A stretch of 64,000 bases of DNA from the NCBI GenBank assembly GCA_048938105.1, contig JBHLMN010000007.1:160001-224000 (forward strand). Direction: 5' to 3'. The notes beneath the pieces were generated by a model that was not told the origin of the DNA, did no database searches, and saw only the letters and a program-made list of their open reading frames with translations. The DNA comes from Promethearchaeota archaeon. Its GTDB lineage: Archaea > Asgardarchaeota > Heimdallarchaeia > Hodarchaeales > Hodarchaeaceae. Shown here piece by piece: positions 1 to 9,236 of this stretch. Position numbers and translations under genes: made by a program. How positions within the stretch are numbered: position 1 is the first letter of the stretch; each line of letters opens with the position of its first letter.

Positions 1-595
1 ACACGCTGCTGCTCCTCACCAAGCTGTTGATCCAACTGCAGTCTTAACTGATATCTACAATGCCCTTCAGAAATTAATCAGCCGTGAAATTGATCCATTT
101 GCAAATGCTGTGCTTACTGCACCTGTATTTGAAGGGAGTGATGCTTTTAATGTTATCCCTCCTCAAGCAACTCTAAAGGGTACTTTCAGAACCATGGATC
201 CAGAGGTTCGAGATCATATTATTAAACGAATGAAAGAAATTGTACAAGGTTATAGTAAAGCTTGGCGTTGCGAAGGAAACGTTGATTTAGGTAAGATAGC
301 GGCTTATCCACCATTAATAAATAACGTCCAAGCTGTTGATGAGCTAAAAGTGATTCTTTTCGACTTGGATACTGTTGTAACAATGGAGCCCACTATGGGA
401 GGAGAAGACTTTGCTTTCTACCTTGAAAAGACTAAAGGTGCATTCCTAGGATTAGGAATTTATAATGAAGAAAAAGGTATAATCTACCCTCATCATCATC
501 CAAAATTCGATGTAGACGAGGCGATTCTTTGGAGAGGAACAGCAATCCATTCTCTATTAGGCTTTTATTCATTACTTAGCAGTCCTAATGAGTAA
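1..595 (+). CDS. M20D family amidohydrolase/carboxypeptidase, 5'-truncated by window edge
   Basis: The frame is open from the window start (HAAAPHQAVDP...). Motifs AFNVIP, MGGEDFAFY and HHHPKFDVDE are typical of M20D. Confidence 0.9.
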   Translation, partial: HAAAPHQAVDPTAVLTDIYNALQKLISREIDPFANAVLTAPVFEGSDAFNVIPPQATLKGTFRTMDPEVRDHIIKRMKEIVQGYSKAWRCEGNVDLGKIAAYPPLINNVQAVDELKVILFDLDTVVTMEPTMGGEDFAFYLEKTKGAFLGLGIYNEEKGIIYPHHHPKFDVDEAILWRGTAIHSLLGFYSLLSSPNE

Positions 596-597
596 AT

Positions 598-1458
598 TCA
601 CTCTTTTTTCCTAGTTTCCATCCCCCAAAAGAAAATCCAAGAGAAAATTATCGCAAGGATTATAATTAAACTAAAAAAGTTGAAAGCGTTGTTTACATCA
701 GCACTTGTAACAATACGCTCATCCTCGGTCATTAAAAAGAAGTTTGTAATAAAAAACACCCGAAAATAGGTCGAAAATTCTAGTATGTCTTCTGTGGCAA
801 ACCCCAAATAGATTGAACTGAAAATAAAGAATGGAATGACAAAAAAAACGAATATTGGAAACCCACTACCCATACCGCTCAATGACCTAAATTTCATAAC
901 CATAGTATTACCTAAAATGGTGATGGTTAAGGGAACAAGGGATACCACAACTAAGATCAGAAATGCAGATAAAAATTGATCTAAGGTTATAGGTAGATCT
1001 TGTTGCACAGCCAAGAATGCTATTACGCACGCAATCCATGTAAAAATGCTTGTTACTATTAACACAATCAGTGCTGTAACTGTTTTTCCTATAAAAAGCT
1101 CGAATCGTTTTGTAGATGAGAGTAAGATTTCGATAGCTGATTCATGGAGAAATAATTCTTGAATTACGACAATAGAAACAAGAATATTGATTATGTAAGC
1201 AAAAGTAACATAAATTTGCAAAACATATCCAACAAACCATTGGTAGCCATTCTTATGTAAATAGATCTCTAACGTGGCAGTCTCTCCAGCAAAACTAACA
1301 TACAAAAGAGTGGGGACAAAACAAAAAGCTAACAGAAATAATATTCGGTTTGATAGTAAATATCGTGTTGTATCATATTTTAAAACAATAAAACAATTTC
1401 GAATGGAAAACCACGCCTCAAAGAAAAAATTTCTAAGAAATAAAGCTACGTTGACCAT
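598..1458 (-). CDS. ABC-2-type exporter permease
   Basis: Multiple TM segments. The likely start MVNVALF at 1458 abuts the upstream ATPase stop at 1460. Confidence 0.7.
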   Translation of the reverse strand: MVNVALFLRNFFFEAWFSIRNCFIVLKYDTTRYLLSNRILFLLAFCFVPTLLYVSFAGETATLEIYLHKNGYQWFVGYVLQIYVTFAYIINILVSIVVIQELFLHESAIEILLSSTKRFELFIGKTVTALIVLIVTSIFTWIACVIAFLAVQQDLPITLDQFLSAFLILVVVSLVPLTITILGNTMVMKFRSLSGMGSGFPIFVFFVIPFFIFSSIYLGFATEDILEFSTYFRVFFITNFFLMTEDERIVTSADVNNAFNFFSLIIILAIIFSWIFFWGMETRKKE

Positions 1459-1459
1459 A

Positions 1460-2116
1460 TTATTTCCCCTTCTCGATCGGAAAACGTATTTCACGAAAAT
1501 TGGTGAAATGCTCTTTATTGTGAGAAGCTGCAATAACAATTTTACCGTTTTCTACATATTCTTTTAAATATCCTTTCAGTTTCGTCCTCATCTCCAGGTC
1601 TAAGTTATCGTATGGTTCATCGAGAAGTAATATTTTTGGTTCATTTAATAATGCGGAACATAATCCTAATCTTTGACGCATACCTTCACTATAAACACTT
1701 GTATCTATATTACGCCATTTAGTTAGACCAAAATCTTCGAGTATTTCTGTAGCTCGTTTTTTCGGCTCCCTCATTCCCATTAATTTACCTAGATAAAATA
1801 AGAAAGTTAAACCAGATATTCCAGCGTGAAATTTACACTCTTCAGGCATAAAACCAAGTAAGTTCAGCAGAGCTCTACTTCTTCGTCTTGTATTATGACC
1901 GTAAATCAATATTTTTCCTTTAGAAGGCATTAATAATGTAGCTATCATTCGTAAAAGAGTGGATTTTCCAGAGCCATTAGGGCCTAGAAAGAGTACTGAT
2001 TCACCTCCAGAGATTGTTAAAGACAAATCATCGATTACTCTCACTTTAAGACTAGCCTTCCAAATACGGAAAATTTTACTGACATGTTGAACATCAATTT
2101 CAGTCAATATTTTCAT
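1460..2116 (-). CDS. ABC transporter ATP-binding protein
   Basis: Walker A GPNGSGKS, signature YSEGMRQR, Walker B LLLDEP, H-loop SH. Confidence 0.95.
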   Translation of the reverse strand: MKILTEIDVQHVSKIFRIWKASLKVRVIDDLSLTISGGESVLFLGPNGSGKSTLLRMIATLLMPSKGKILIYGHNTRRRSRALLNLLGFMPEECKFHAGISGLTFLFYLGKLMGMREPKKRATEILEDFGLTKWRNIDTSVYSEGMRQRLGLCSALLNEPKILLLDEPYDNLDLEMRTKLKGYLKEYVENGKIVIAASHNKEHFTNFREIRFPIEKGK

Positions 2117-2242
2117 CCTAAAGCGAGTGATTTTTGATTATCCTCCAAATGCAATAAGCTTTTTGAAGTATTCTCAACTAGTAATAAGTACAATCAGAAT
2201 TAATTAGTTACAATTGTTAAAAGAGAAAGAGTTATTCTTTCA

Positions 2243-3091
2243 ATGGATAAATCAATAATAATGAAATCATATAATAGATTGATAACAATCTCATTAATTT
2301 TTCTCTTTCTTAGCGTTTTTTATCCCCTTCGAGAAACCTCTGCAATACCTGAAACAAATCAACGATTGATACCTTTTATTGGGATGGTAGTTGATTATAA
2401 ACTGAATGTTATTATTGAAGGTATTACTTTTCTTCCTATTCCTGTTACAGCAAATTGGACTGTCACTTGGGAACAATATAATAGATCAACCCCTAGTATC
2501 TTTATCTCTAATCTCACAGTGAAATCTTCTCATATTCTCTCCTTCAGTATTTTGGAACAAGAATCAGGCATCATTGTGGAGAACATTACTTCACGGCAAG
2601 TGTTATATGTCGATTTAGCAAACACAACATTTTTACAACTATTATACGATGTTTATTATTCTCCCACTAAACCTAATTATTCACCTTTTTACATTAACAC
2701 GACTGGAATTAATATTGATGATCATATCAATATTTACAGTTTTATAATGACTGTTGTTACCACTGATCGGATATTAGTACCAGATTTTGGATATAGGGAT
2801 GTCTGGGTTATACAAGTAAATGTAACAGACCTCAGTTATGTTGAACACTTTATTAGCTTGGTTTATGATGATATTTCTGGTGTACTAGTAGGAGGAAGTA
2901 TATATACCCGTTGGTTTTCTGACAATCGCATTTATCGTGTAAAGATTATCTGTCAATATACTAATGCATTAGAAAGGCATCTGATAGTAATTGATACGAA
3001 TAGAATTTTAGTAATCTTAGTAAGCTGTGTACCGATCATCCCTTCACTTGTTAAGATCTCACGAATGAAAGAAATTAAAGGGGGATTATAG
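2243..3091 (+). CDS. Secreted/membrane-anchored hypothetical protein
   Basis: N-terminal hydrophobic signal, beta-rich body with several N-x-S/T sequons, C-terminal TM followed by a basic tail. Confidence 0.65.
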   Translation: MDKSIIMKSYNRLITISLIFLFLSVFYPLRETSAIPETNQRLIPFIGMVVDYKLNVIIEGITFLPIPVTANWTVTWEQYNRSTPSIFISNLTVKSSHILSFSILEQESGIIVENITSRQVLYVDLANTTFLQLLYDVYYSPTKPNYSPFYINTTGINIDDHINIYSFIMTVVTTDRILVPDFGYRDVWVIQVNVTDLSYVEHFISLVYDDISGVLVGGSIYTRWFSDNRIYRVKIICQYTNALERHLIVIDTNRILVILVSCVPIIPSLVKISRMKEIKGGL

Positions 3092-3110
3092 AACATCAGG
3101 AGGAGATAAA

Positions 3111-3935
3111 TTGCCACAGATCAGTGTTAACGACATCGAGATTTATTATGAAATTCATGGAGAAGGCCAACCACTGGTTTTTATTCATGGAGCTTTCGTT
3201 AGTTCGACAATGTGGAAACCACAAATTGATTTTTTTATTGAAAGATTTCAAGCTGTAATTTATGATATCCGAGGGCATGGGAAAACGGGTCCATCTTCTA
3301 CGAAAAAATACTCCATACAACTTTATGCAGATGATTTATATAATTTACTTAACAAATTAAACATTGATAGGCCAATAATATGTGGACTAAGCCTTGGAGG
3401 TATGATCGCTCAGGTTTTCGCAACAAAATATCCAGAGAACTGTTCTGCCTTGATTTTGGCAGATACAGCGGCTACTATTACCCTCACACGATGGGATTAC
3501 ATCATGCGCTATCTTATTGGCCCTAAATGGTTGATGTTACTTACTTTAAGAATAATGGGAGTTAAGAGATTCATTAGATTTTCATTTTGGTTAGCAAAAT
3601 TCACACGAAGTAAAGAATGGGTTGGAAACGAAGAGATCATAGAATATGAAAAAAGAGAAATGCTAAACTTAGATAAAAAAGAATATCTTAAGATTTTCGG
3701 GTCTTTATATGATTTTAAACTCCAAGAATTATTTAGAATCAAAGTACCTACTCTTGTGTTAAATGGGGAATACGAATCGAAAAGTATTTTTAAACATGCG
3801 GAGAAAATGAGAAGTTTAATTCCTAATTGCGAAGTAGATATTATAAAAGAGGCTGGACATACTTCAAACATGGAGAACTCTGAAGAATATAATAAGAGGA
3901 TTGCTGATTTTTTAAAGAAAAATGATTTCCATTAG
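3111..3935 (+). CDS. Alpha/beta hydrolase
   Basis: FIHG, DIRGHG, GLSLGG nucleophile elbow, AGH. TTG start preceded by a GGAGGAG RBS. Confidence 0.92.
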   Translation: MPQISVNDIEIYYEIHGEGQPLVFIHGAFVSSTMWKPQIDFFIERFQAVIYDIRGHGKTGPSSTKKYSIQLYADDLYNLLNKLNIDRPIICGLSLGGMIAQVFATKYPENCSALILADTAATITLTRWDYIMRYLIGPKWLMLLTLRIMGVKRFIRFSFWLAKFTRSKEWVGNEEIIEYEKREMLNLDKKEYLKIFGSLYDFKLQELFRIKVPTLVLNGEYESKSIFKHAEKMRSLIPNCEVDIIKEAGHTSNMENSEEYNKRIADFLKKNDFH

Positions 3936-3986
3936 ATCGGAGAATGTAAATTCCTTCAATTTCAAAATAAAGGAAAGGTAGAAGCA

Positions 3987-4241
3987 TTAACCCGTAAGTG
4001 TAATAAGGGGAGGATTAGTCGAGAAAGTATCACTAATGGTATTTTTGAAGCTATCAATAGTATGAGTATTACCAGCTTCATCTTGGATCGTAAACTGAGC
4101 TTCTTTCACGAGAATCTCAAATACTTCATAAGCCATAGTAGGATAGAAAGTGTTACCTGTGAAAGTTCCTAAAGAAATAATCTGAGGAGGTTCTTTAAGT
4201 GATTTTCTTTCTAAATAATAACTAGGACTCATTTTTTTCAT
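3987..4241 (-). CDS. Small hypothetical protein
   Basis: Open frame. The start is probably the ATG at 4241 or 4232 rather than 4346, which lies inside a palindrome. Confidence 0.4.
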   Translation of the reverse strand: MKKMSPSYYLERKSLKEPPQIISLGTFTGNTFYPTMAYEVFEILVKEAQFTIQDEAGNTHTIDSFKNTISDTFSTNPPLITLTG

Positions 4242-4331
4242 GCTCCATTTGGTAAGATAATTTAATTCCGCTATCAACAAGTTTAAACAAAAGATATCAT
4301 CATACAAAGAATTCTGGGATATCCAAGTAGC

Positions 4332-4359
4332 AAAAAAAGATAACATGAGATGTTATCTT
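4332..4359 (-). terminator. Perfect inverted repeat plus T-tract (candidate terminator or operator)
   Basis: The + strand reads AAGATAACAT-GAG-ATGTTATCTT (4337-4359). On the - strand it ends in T7, about 80 bp after the permease stop at 4439. Confidence 0.5.
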
Positions 4360-4438
4360 GAGAATACAGAGATAACATGTAGAAAAAGGGGTGAAATATA
4401 AAAAAAAAGAGGATTAGACATCAAGATTGTTGAAGATC

Positions 4439-6847
4439 TTAATTGACCATCCGATTATAAAGCATATCAGGTAGAGAGCTTCGCCAGGTTCTCCAAGCAA
4501 TAAGACTAGTCGCCAAAAACACGCAAATACCGATTATAACAAGAATAATAATCCATAATTCTATTGGTACAAGTGCAGGGAGATACAATTCAGGAAGAAT
4601 ATATTCATATGTGGGCTTTAATAAGACGATGCTCAGCGGAACACCAATGAAAAATCCAAAGATGCCATAGATGAGGTTTTCTGTGAAAATGATTTTCAAA
4701 ATTGTTCTATGTTTAGCTCCCATTGCTCTTAATGCCAAGAATTCCATTTCTCTCTCCATCATAGCTAGTGACATGCTAGAAAATGAAAATAAAACAAGTG
4801 TAGCTAAGCCTAGAAAAGCAACAAGCAATAATAACTGCATAAGCATACTTAATAATTCTATTATCGTTTCCTTTGCCTCATTACTATCAACATACACATA
4901 AGGTTTGAATTCTTCTTGAATTAGCTGTTTAATCTGTTCCTTTTCAATATTAGATATGATCTTACTGAATTCAAATGCAAAACCAGTTACATTTTCTGTA
5001 ATCCCAATGTGGTGTACATCTGATACAGAATTCTGAATTCCTTCGATAGTCCAGAAAAAAGCATTCTCTGCTATTTCTCCTGTGATGCCTACTACTTCAA
5101 CAGTTACATTTGACTGCAAATCAAAAGTTAAAGTGATTTCATCCCTTTTTTCTAACTCTAAGTCCTTGGCTAAGTTATTACTTATTAGAATTTTATTTTT
5201 ACTGAGTTCTTTCTCTCCAGTTATTACATTATAGTCTCTTAAAGACGAGTTTTGATGAAAAGCTTGTAATGGAACTCGTTGATTACCAATCCAAACAGTA
5301 GTATACAAGAACCCTTCTACATTAGTGATTCCTGATACATTTCGATGAATCCACTGTTTAATTTCGGTTTCATCAATCGATTTCGGTAATAAAACCTTAG
5401 CGTCATATTTTTCGTACAAAGAATAATTTTGATCTAAAGCATATATATAATCATAAAATAAGCTAGCAGAGATAACTAAAATCACCATGGAAGCCGCAAC
5501 AACCATTGCAGTCGATAGTGATCGTCTCTTATTCATGAAAACTGACCTGAGAGGAATTTTTGAAGCTAAGCCTGTAAAGAATTTTAATGGTCTGAGTATC
5601 TGTTCTAAAAGCGGCTCACGACCAAGTTCACTAGTAGAATATGCAGCTTTTAAGGCTTCATGAGGAGTCAAATGCGTAACTGGGAATGTAGCTAATATAG
5701 AGGATGTTAAAATTAGTATTACTGCTAAAAGGGTGATAGTAATCCAATTTAAAGGATTAGAGGATATTGTAATCATGATTAAACCAAAAACACTAACACC
5801 GACATTTACTAAAGCAAATGTTGTTATTGCTGCTCCCAACCATCCGAAAAGTATCCCGATTAATCCGAGTAGTAAGCCAAAACTGGTATAATGGAAGAGT
5901 ATTGAACGATTTTTCAATCCTAATGCTCCATATAAGCCAATATGCGTCCTTTGAGCCATTATTAATTTACTTAAGGAATTATAGATCGCAATAGATCCAA
6001 CTATCAGAGCAAAAAGACCAAAGACTACTCCTATTTTTTCCATAGCATCAGTTCGAAGCTCTAACCAGCCTCGTTCCATTGATTCATCCCAATAGATTAC
6101 ATTTTGAATTTTATCTTCACCTAAAGCAAAAGAAAGAGCTTGATCCGCTCTTTGATTGGCAGCATGTGACCTTTCCTTAGTTTTAACTAAGATCTCATTA
6201 ATTCCAGTTTGGTTGAATTTATCCTGGAGCATATCAAGAGGCATATAGATTATACATAATTCTCCGAAGGTTATAACATTTGTTTGCTCATCTACCACAA
6301 AGATATATTCAGAATCAGCAACAAATCCTGCTATTGATACATTGACAATAGTATTTCCAAAAAAAATCGATAATTGGTCCTTTAATTCAGCCTGGGCTCC
6401 TAATAAGATGATATTACCAAAATGCTGTTCAATAAATACTTGGTCATCAGATAATTGTTCGCTACCAGCTCTTACTTTTAATTTGTTTATTCTATTTTTT
6501 TCAAAATCGATTCCTATCAAATATGCTTTGTGGAGTTTATCATTCAATTTCACTGTAGAATACTCAAAAATTCGGCCCTCAAGGTCAGTGATTCCTGCAG
6601 CTTGCTTCTCTGATTCAGATAATAGGGATGACACATTATTTTCTGAGATGGATTCTTTCAAACGAATTCTTAGATCAGCATTATTTAGTAGCTTATTTGA
6701 TGCTTCTACTGATGCCATTGCAGAATCTCTTAAATTCATTAGTCCTAAACCCAAGGAAAGTGCGAGGAAAACTGTTAAAATTATCATGATTGAGCGGAAC
6801 TTATTGAATCGAATATCCCGAAAGATCTTCTTGGTAAGAATTTTCAA
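4439..6847 (-). CDS. MacB/FtsX-family ABC permease (duplicated architecture)
   Basis: Two repeats of TM + extracytoplasmic domain + 3TM. Motifs QRTHIGLYGALG and EREMEFLALRAMGA. Confidence 0.92.
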   Translation of the reverse strand: MKILTKKIFRDIRFNKFRSIMIILTVFLALSLGLGLMNLRDSAMASVEASNKLLNNADLRIRLKESISENNVSSLLSESEKQAAGITDLEGRIFEYSTVKLNDKLHKAYLIGIDFEKNRINKLKVRAGSEQLSDDQVFIEQHFGNIILLGAQAELKDQLSIFFGNTIVNVSIAGFVADSEYIFVVDEQTNVITFGELCIIYMPLDMLQDKFNQTGINEILVKTKERSHAANQRADQALSFALGEDKIQNVIYWDESMERGWLELRTDAMEKIGVVFGLFALIVGSIAIYNSLSKLIMAQRTHIGLYGALGLKNRSILFHYTSFGLLLGLIGILFGWLGAAITTFALVNVGVSVFGLIMITISSNPLNWITITLLAVILILTSSILATFPVTHLTPHEALKAAYSTSELGREPLLEQILRPLKFFTGLASKIPLRSVFMNKRRSLSTAMVVAASMVILVISASLFYDYIYALDQNYSLYEKYDAKVLLPKSIDETEIKQWIHRNVSGITNVEGFLYTTVWIGNQRVPLQAFHQNSSLRDYNVITGEKELSKNKILISNNLAKDLELEKRDEITLTFDLQSNVTVEVVGITGEIAENAFFWTIEGIQNSVSDVHHIGITENVTGFAFEFSKIISNIEKEQIKQLIQEEFKPYVYVDSNEAKETIIELLSMLMQLLLLVAFLGLATLVLFSFSSMSLAMMEREMEFLALRAMGAKHRTILKIIFTENLIYGIFGFFIGVPLSIVLLKPTYEYILPELYLPALVPIELWIIILVIIGICVFLATSLIAWRTWRSSLPDMLYNRMVN

Positions 6848-6866
6848 TAGTTACACACCTTTCTAA

Positions 6867-7559
6867 TTAATGATTATTAACAATTTCAATCTGGCCATCC
6901 CGAAGGTGGAACACACGTTGAGCTTTTTCAGTTAAGCTGATATCATGAGATACAACAAGATAGGTTCCACCAAACTTTTCATTGAGCTGCTTCATTAAAT
7001 CAGCAATTTTCTCTCCCGTGACAAAATCAAGGTTTCCAGTGGGCTCGTCCGCAACAACAATTTCAGGGTTTTTTACCAGTGCTCGGGCAATGGCGACTCG
7101 TTGCTGTTCTCCTCCAGATAATTGACTTGGAAAACGATCTGTTTTATCACCAAGACCCACAGCTTCTAACATATCACAAGCCCGATTTTTAATGTTTTTT
7201 CGATCTCCCTTAAATTCAAGAGCCAATGCAACATTCTCCCAAGCGCGAAGAGAAGGAATGAGGTTGAAGAATTGAAAAATCCATCCAACTCGGTTCCGAC
7301 GATATTCTCCTAACTGTCCAGTTCCCCATTCAGTGATTTCTTCGCCTTTGATCTTAATAGACCCTTTTGTTGGGGAATCAATTCCTCCGATTTGGTTAAG
7401 TAAAGTTGTTTTTCCTGATCCTGATGGTCCAAGTACAACAACAAATTCACCTTCAAATATTCTCATTGAAACCCCACGTAAAGCATGAACTATATAATCA
7501 CCTAATGAAAATTCACGATGTACATCTGATAGAACTACCATAGGTTCTTTTAATGCCAT
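6867..7559 (-). CDS. LolD/MacB-type ABC ATP-binding protein
   Basis: GPSGSGKT, LSGGEQQRVAIARAL, ADEPTGNLD. Confidence 0.96.
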   Translation of the reverse strand: MALKEPMVVLSDVHREFSLGDYIVHALRGVSMRIFEGEFVVVLGPSGSGKTTLLNQIGGIDSPTKGSIKIKGEEITEWGTGQLGEYRRNRVGWIFQFFNLIPSLRAWENVALALEFKGDRKNIKNRACDMLEAVGLGDKTDRFPSQLSGGEQQRVAIARALVKNPEIVVADEPTGNLDFVTGEKIADLMKQLNEKFGGTYLVVSHDISLTEKAQRVFHLRDGQIEIVNNH

Positions 7560-7580
7560 TATAAGCCACTCTCATTCGTT

Positions 7581-7618
7581 TTCCAAATTTTGGAATTTCT
7601 ACTTTTTCACTTTTGGAA
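7581..7618. promoter_or_regulatory. Palindromic operator candidate TTCCAAA-T-TTTGGAA plus degenerate second copy
   Basis: Perfect palindrome at 7581-7595 and a repeated TTTTGGAA half-site at 7611-7618. Both lie between the ABC start codon and a minus-strand TATA-like element at about 7622-7630. Confidence 0.55.
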
Positions 7619-7777
7619 AACATTTAAAAACTTATAGATTTAAGCAATCATAACTAATGATATTTTAATTATTCACTTATCAATATCTTTAACAATAGAT
7701 TCGCAGTTATATAGCCTTGGGTCTTTCTGGAGGAAAATAATCTGACTGAAAAAACTTCATCCTTAAAAAACATTCAA

Positions 7778-8641
7778 TTGTCTTTGACAGACGTAGTAGA
7801 TTTGTCATTTGTCCAGATATACTTACTTAACATTTTGATTTCTTATTCAACAGGAGCTATTCGATTTACGTTATTAAATCAAATCAATGATGTTTTCTTT
7901 CATGAAAAACCTTTAGCACCATCTACGTTCTATAATAGTTTACGTAGACTTGAGAAAAAAGGGTTTGTTTCTTTTCAAGAGGATGACAAGAGTTCAAAAG
8001 GAAAAAGTGTCCAGGCGACACTCTTAGGTAAAATAGCTATCCAGATGATCACTCAAATGATGATTTTCAACATTTGGGACATAGGAACGATTTTAAAAGA
8101 GATTGTTCCAGAAGTAATTGCAAAAACTGAATTAAAACCAGTTCATTCTTCTCTTCTAATCCATTTTGATGAATTATTAAATGTGGAATTATTTGATGAA
8201 TTCTATTATCCATACTCTGAAGAACTTTATGTCTTAGCTAGTGATGAATATTATGATAGATACTTAAAACGAGGAATAACAGAGGTACACCAATCAAAAT
8301 TCCGAAATAAGAAGATTCGTGAACCTAATAACTTTTTTGATGCTACATTCTTAGTACGTTACCGAAAAACGGATAAATTCGGGATCTCAGAAATTGAAAT
8401 GCTTCAGGAAGCATTAAGGGTTACAAAGCCAAAAGGAAAGTTAATAATCATATCAATTAATGACATTCCTCAATCGAATCACTTTATTCCAGACGCCATT
8501 GGACAATTTGTAATTCAAAATCCATTCTTTTTTTCAATAAATGAACAAGATTTAAGATCGGATTTTAATGAGGTAGGTATTCAAAACCTGAATGTGCATA
8601 ATATCAATGGAATGATAGTTGCATGGGTAAATATTTTGTGA
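7778..8641 (+). CDS. PadR-like wHTH regulator fused to a methyltransferase-like domain
   Basis: N-terminal PSTFYNSLRRLEKKGFV...TLLGK resembles PadR. C-terminal FFDA...LQEALRVTKPKGKLIII resembles the tail of a class I SAM-MTase. Confidence 0.7.
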   Translation: MSLTDVVDLSFVQIYLLNILISYSTGAIRFTLLNQINDVFFHEKPLAPSTFYNSLRRLEKKGFVSFQEDDKSSKGKSVQATLLGKIAIQMITQMMIFNIWDIGTILKEIVPEVIAKTELKPVHSSLLIHFDELLNVELFDEFYYPYSEELYVLASDEYYDRYLKRGITEVHQSKFRNKKIREPNNFFDATFLVRYRKTDKFGISEIEMLQEALRVTKPKGKLIIISINDIPQSNHFIPDAIGQFVIQNPFFFSINEQDLRSDFNEVGIQNLNVHNINGMIVAWVNIL

Positions 8642-8773
8642 AAAAAAACTGGTGAATGCTCCATCATTGAATGATTAAAGTCCCTTGAATTTTTTTACCT
8701 AATGTCCACTGTCAATAGACATATTCCAACTTGGTAACGCTGTTCAAAGGAAAACAGAGATAGTAGAATTGAT

Positions 8774-9037
8774 TTATTCAACTTTTCCAGCAGCAAGTCG
8801 AATATCGGAGTCTTTTATGGTTTTACGCCCCGAATGACCAGCAATTTCCACTGCATAGCGAGCAATTTCTAGGCCTCTATTAACGATGATTTGATTCAGA
8901 CTTGTAATAGCATCAGCTGAAACCCGAAAAGCTCCCGCATCTCTTATGAGTCTCTCAACACGAGCTCCTGCAAAACTTGCTTCTCCTTTTGCTGGCTTTG
9001 GTGCTGCTTTCTTCGCAGGTGTTTTCTTTTTTGCCAT
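8774..9037 (-). CDS. Archaeal histone with Lys-rich N-terminal tail
   Basis: Histone fold ARVERLIRDAGAFRVSADA...AGHSGRKTIKDSDIRLA, preceded by MAKKKTPAKKAAPKPAKGE. Confidence 0.95.
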   Translation of the reverse strand: MAKKKTPAKKAAPKPAKGEASFAGARVERLIRDAGAFRVSADAITSLNQIIVNRGLEIARYAVEIAGHSGRKTIKDSDIRLAAGKVE

Positions 9038-9063
9038 TTTAAATCACAATTTCTCACTATATG

Positions 9064-9115
9064 AAGTCTTGAAAGACTTAAAAATAAAATTAATCACCCT
9101 TTATAAACATTTATC
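9064..9115 (-). promoter_or_regulatory. Histone promoter: BRE/TATA and palindrome near the predicted TSS
   Basis: TTTATAAA at 9100-9107 with a purine-rich BRE-like stretch upstream on the - strand. AAGTCTT-GA-AAGACTT palindrome at 9064-9079. Confidence 0.55.
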
Positions 9116-9236
9116 CAGTATTAGCACGAAAGAAGAATATATTGAAAAATTAGAGTTCTTTCGTATAGATTATATTCTTTTTACAATTTTCCCATAGTAA
9201 TCTTACAAGGATCGATGAATGAAATCTTATTTTCCA

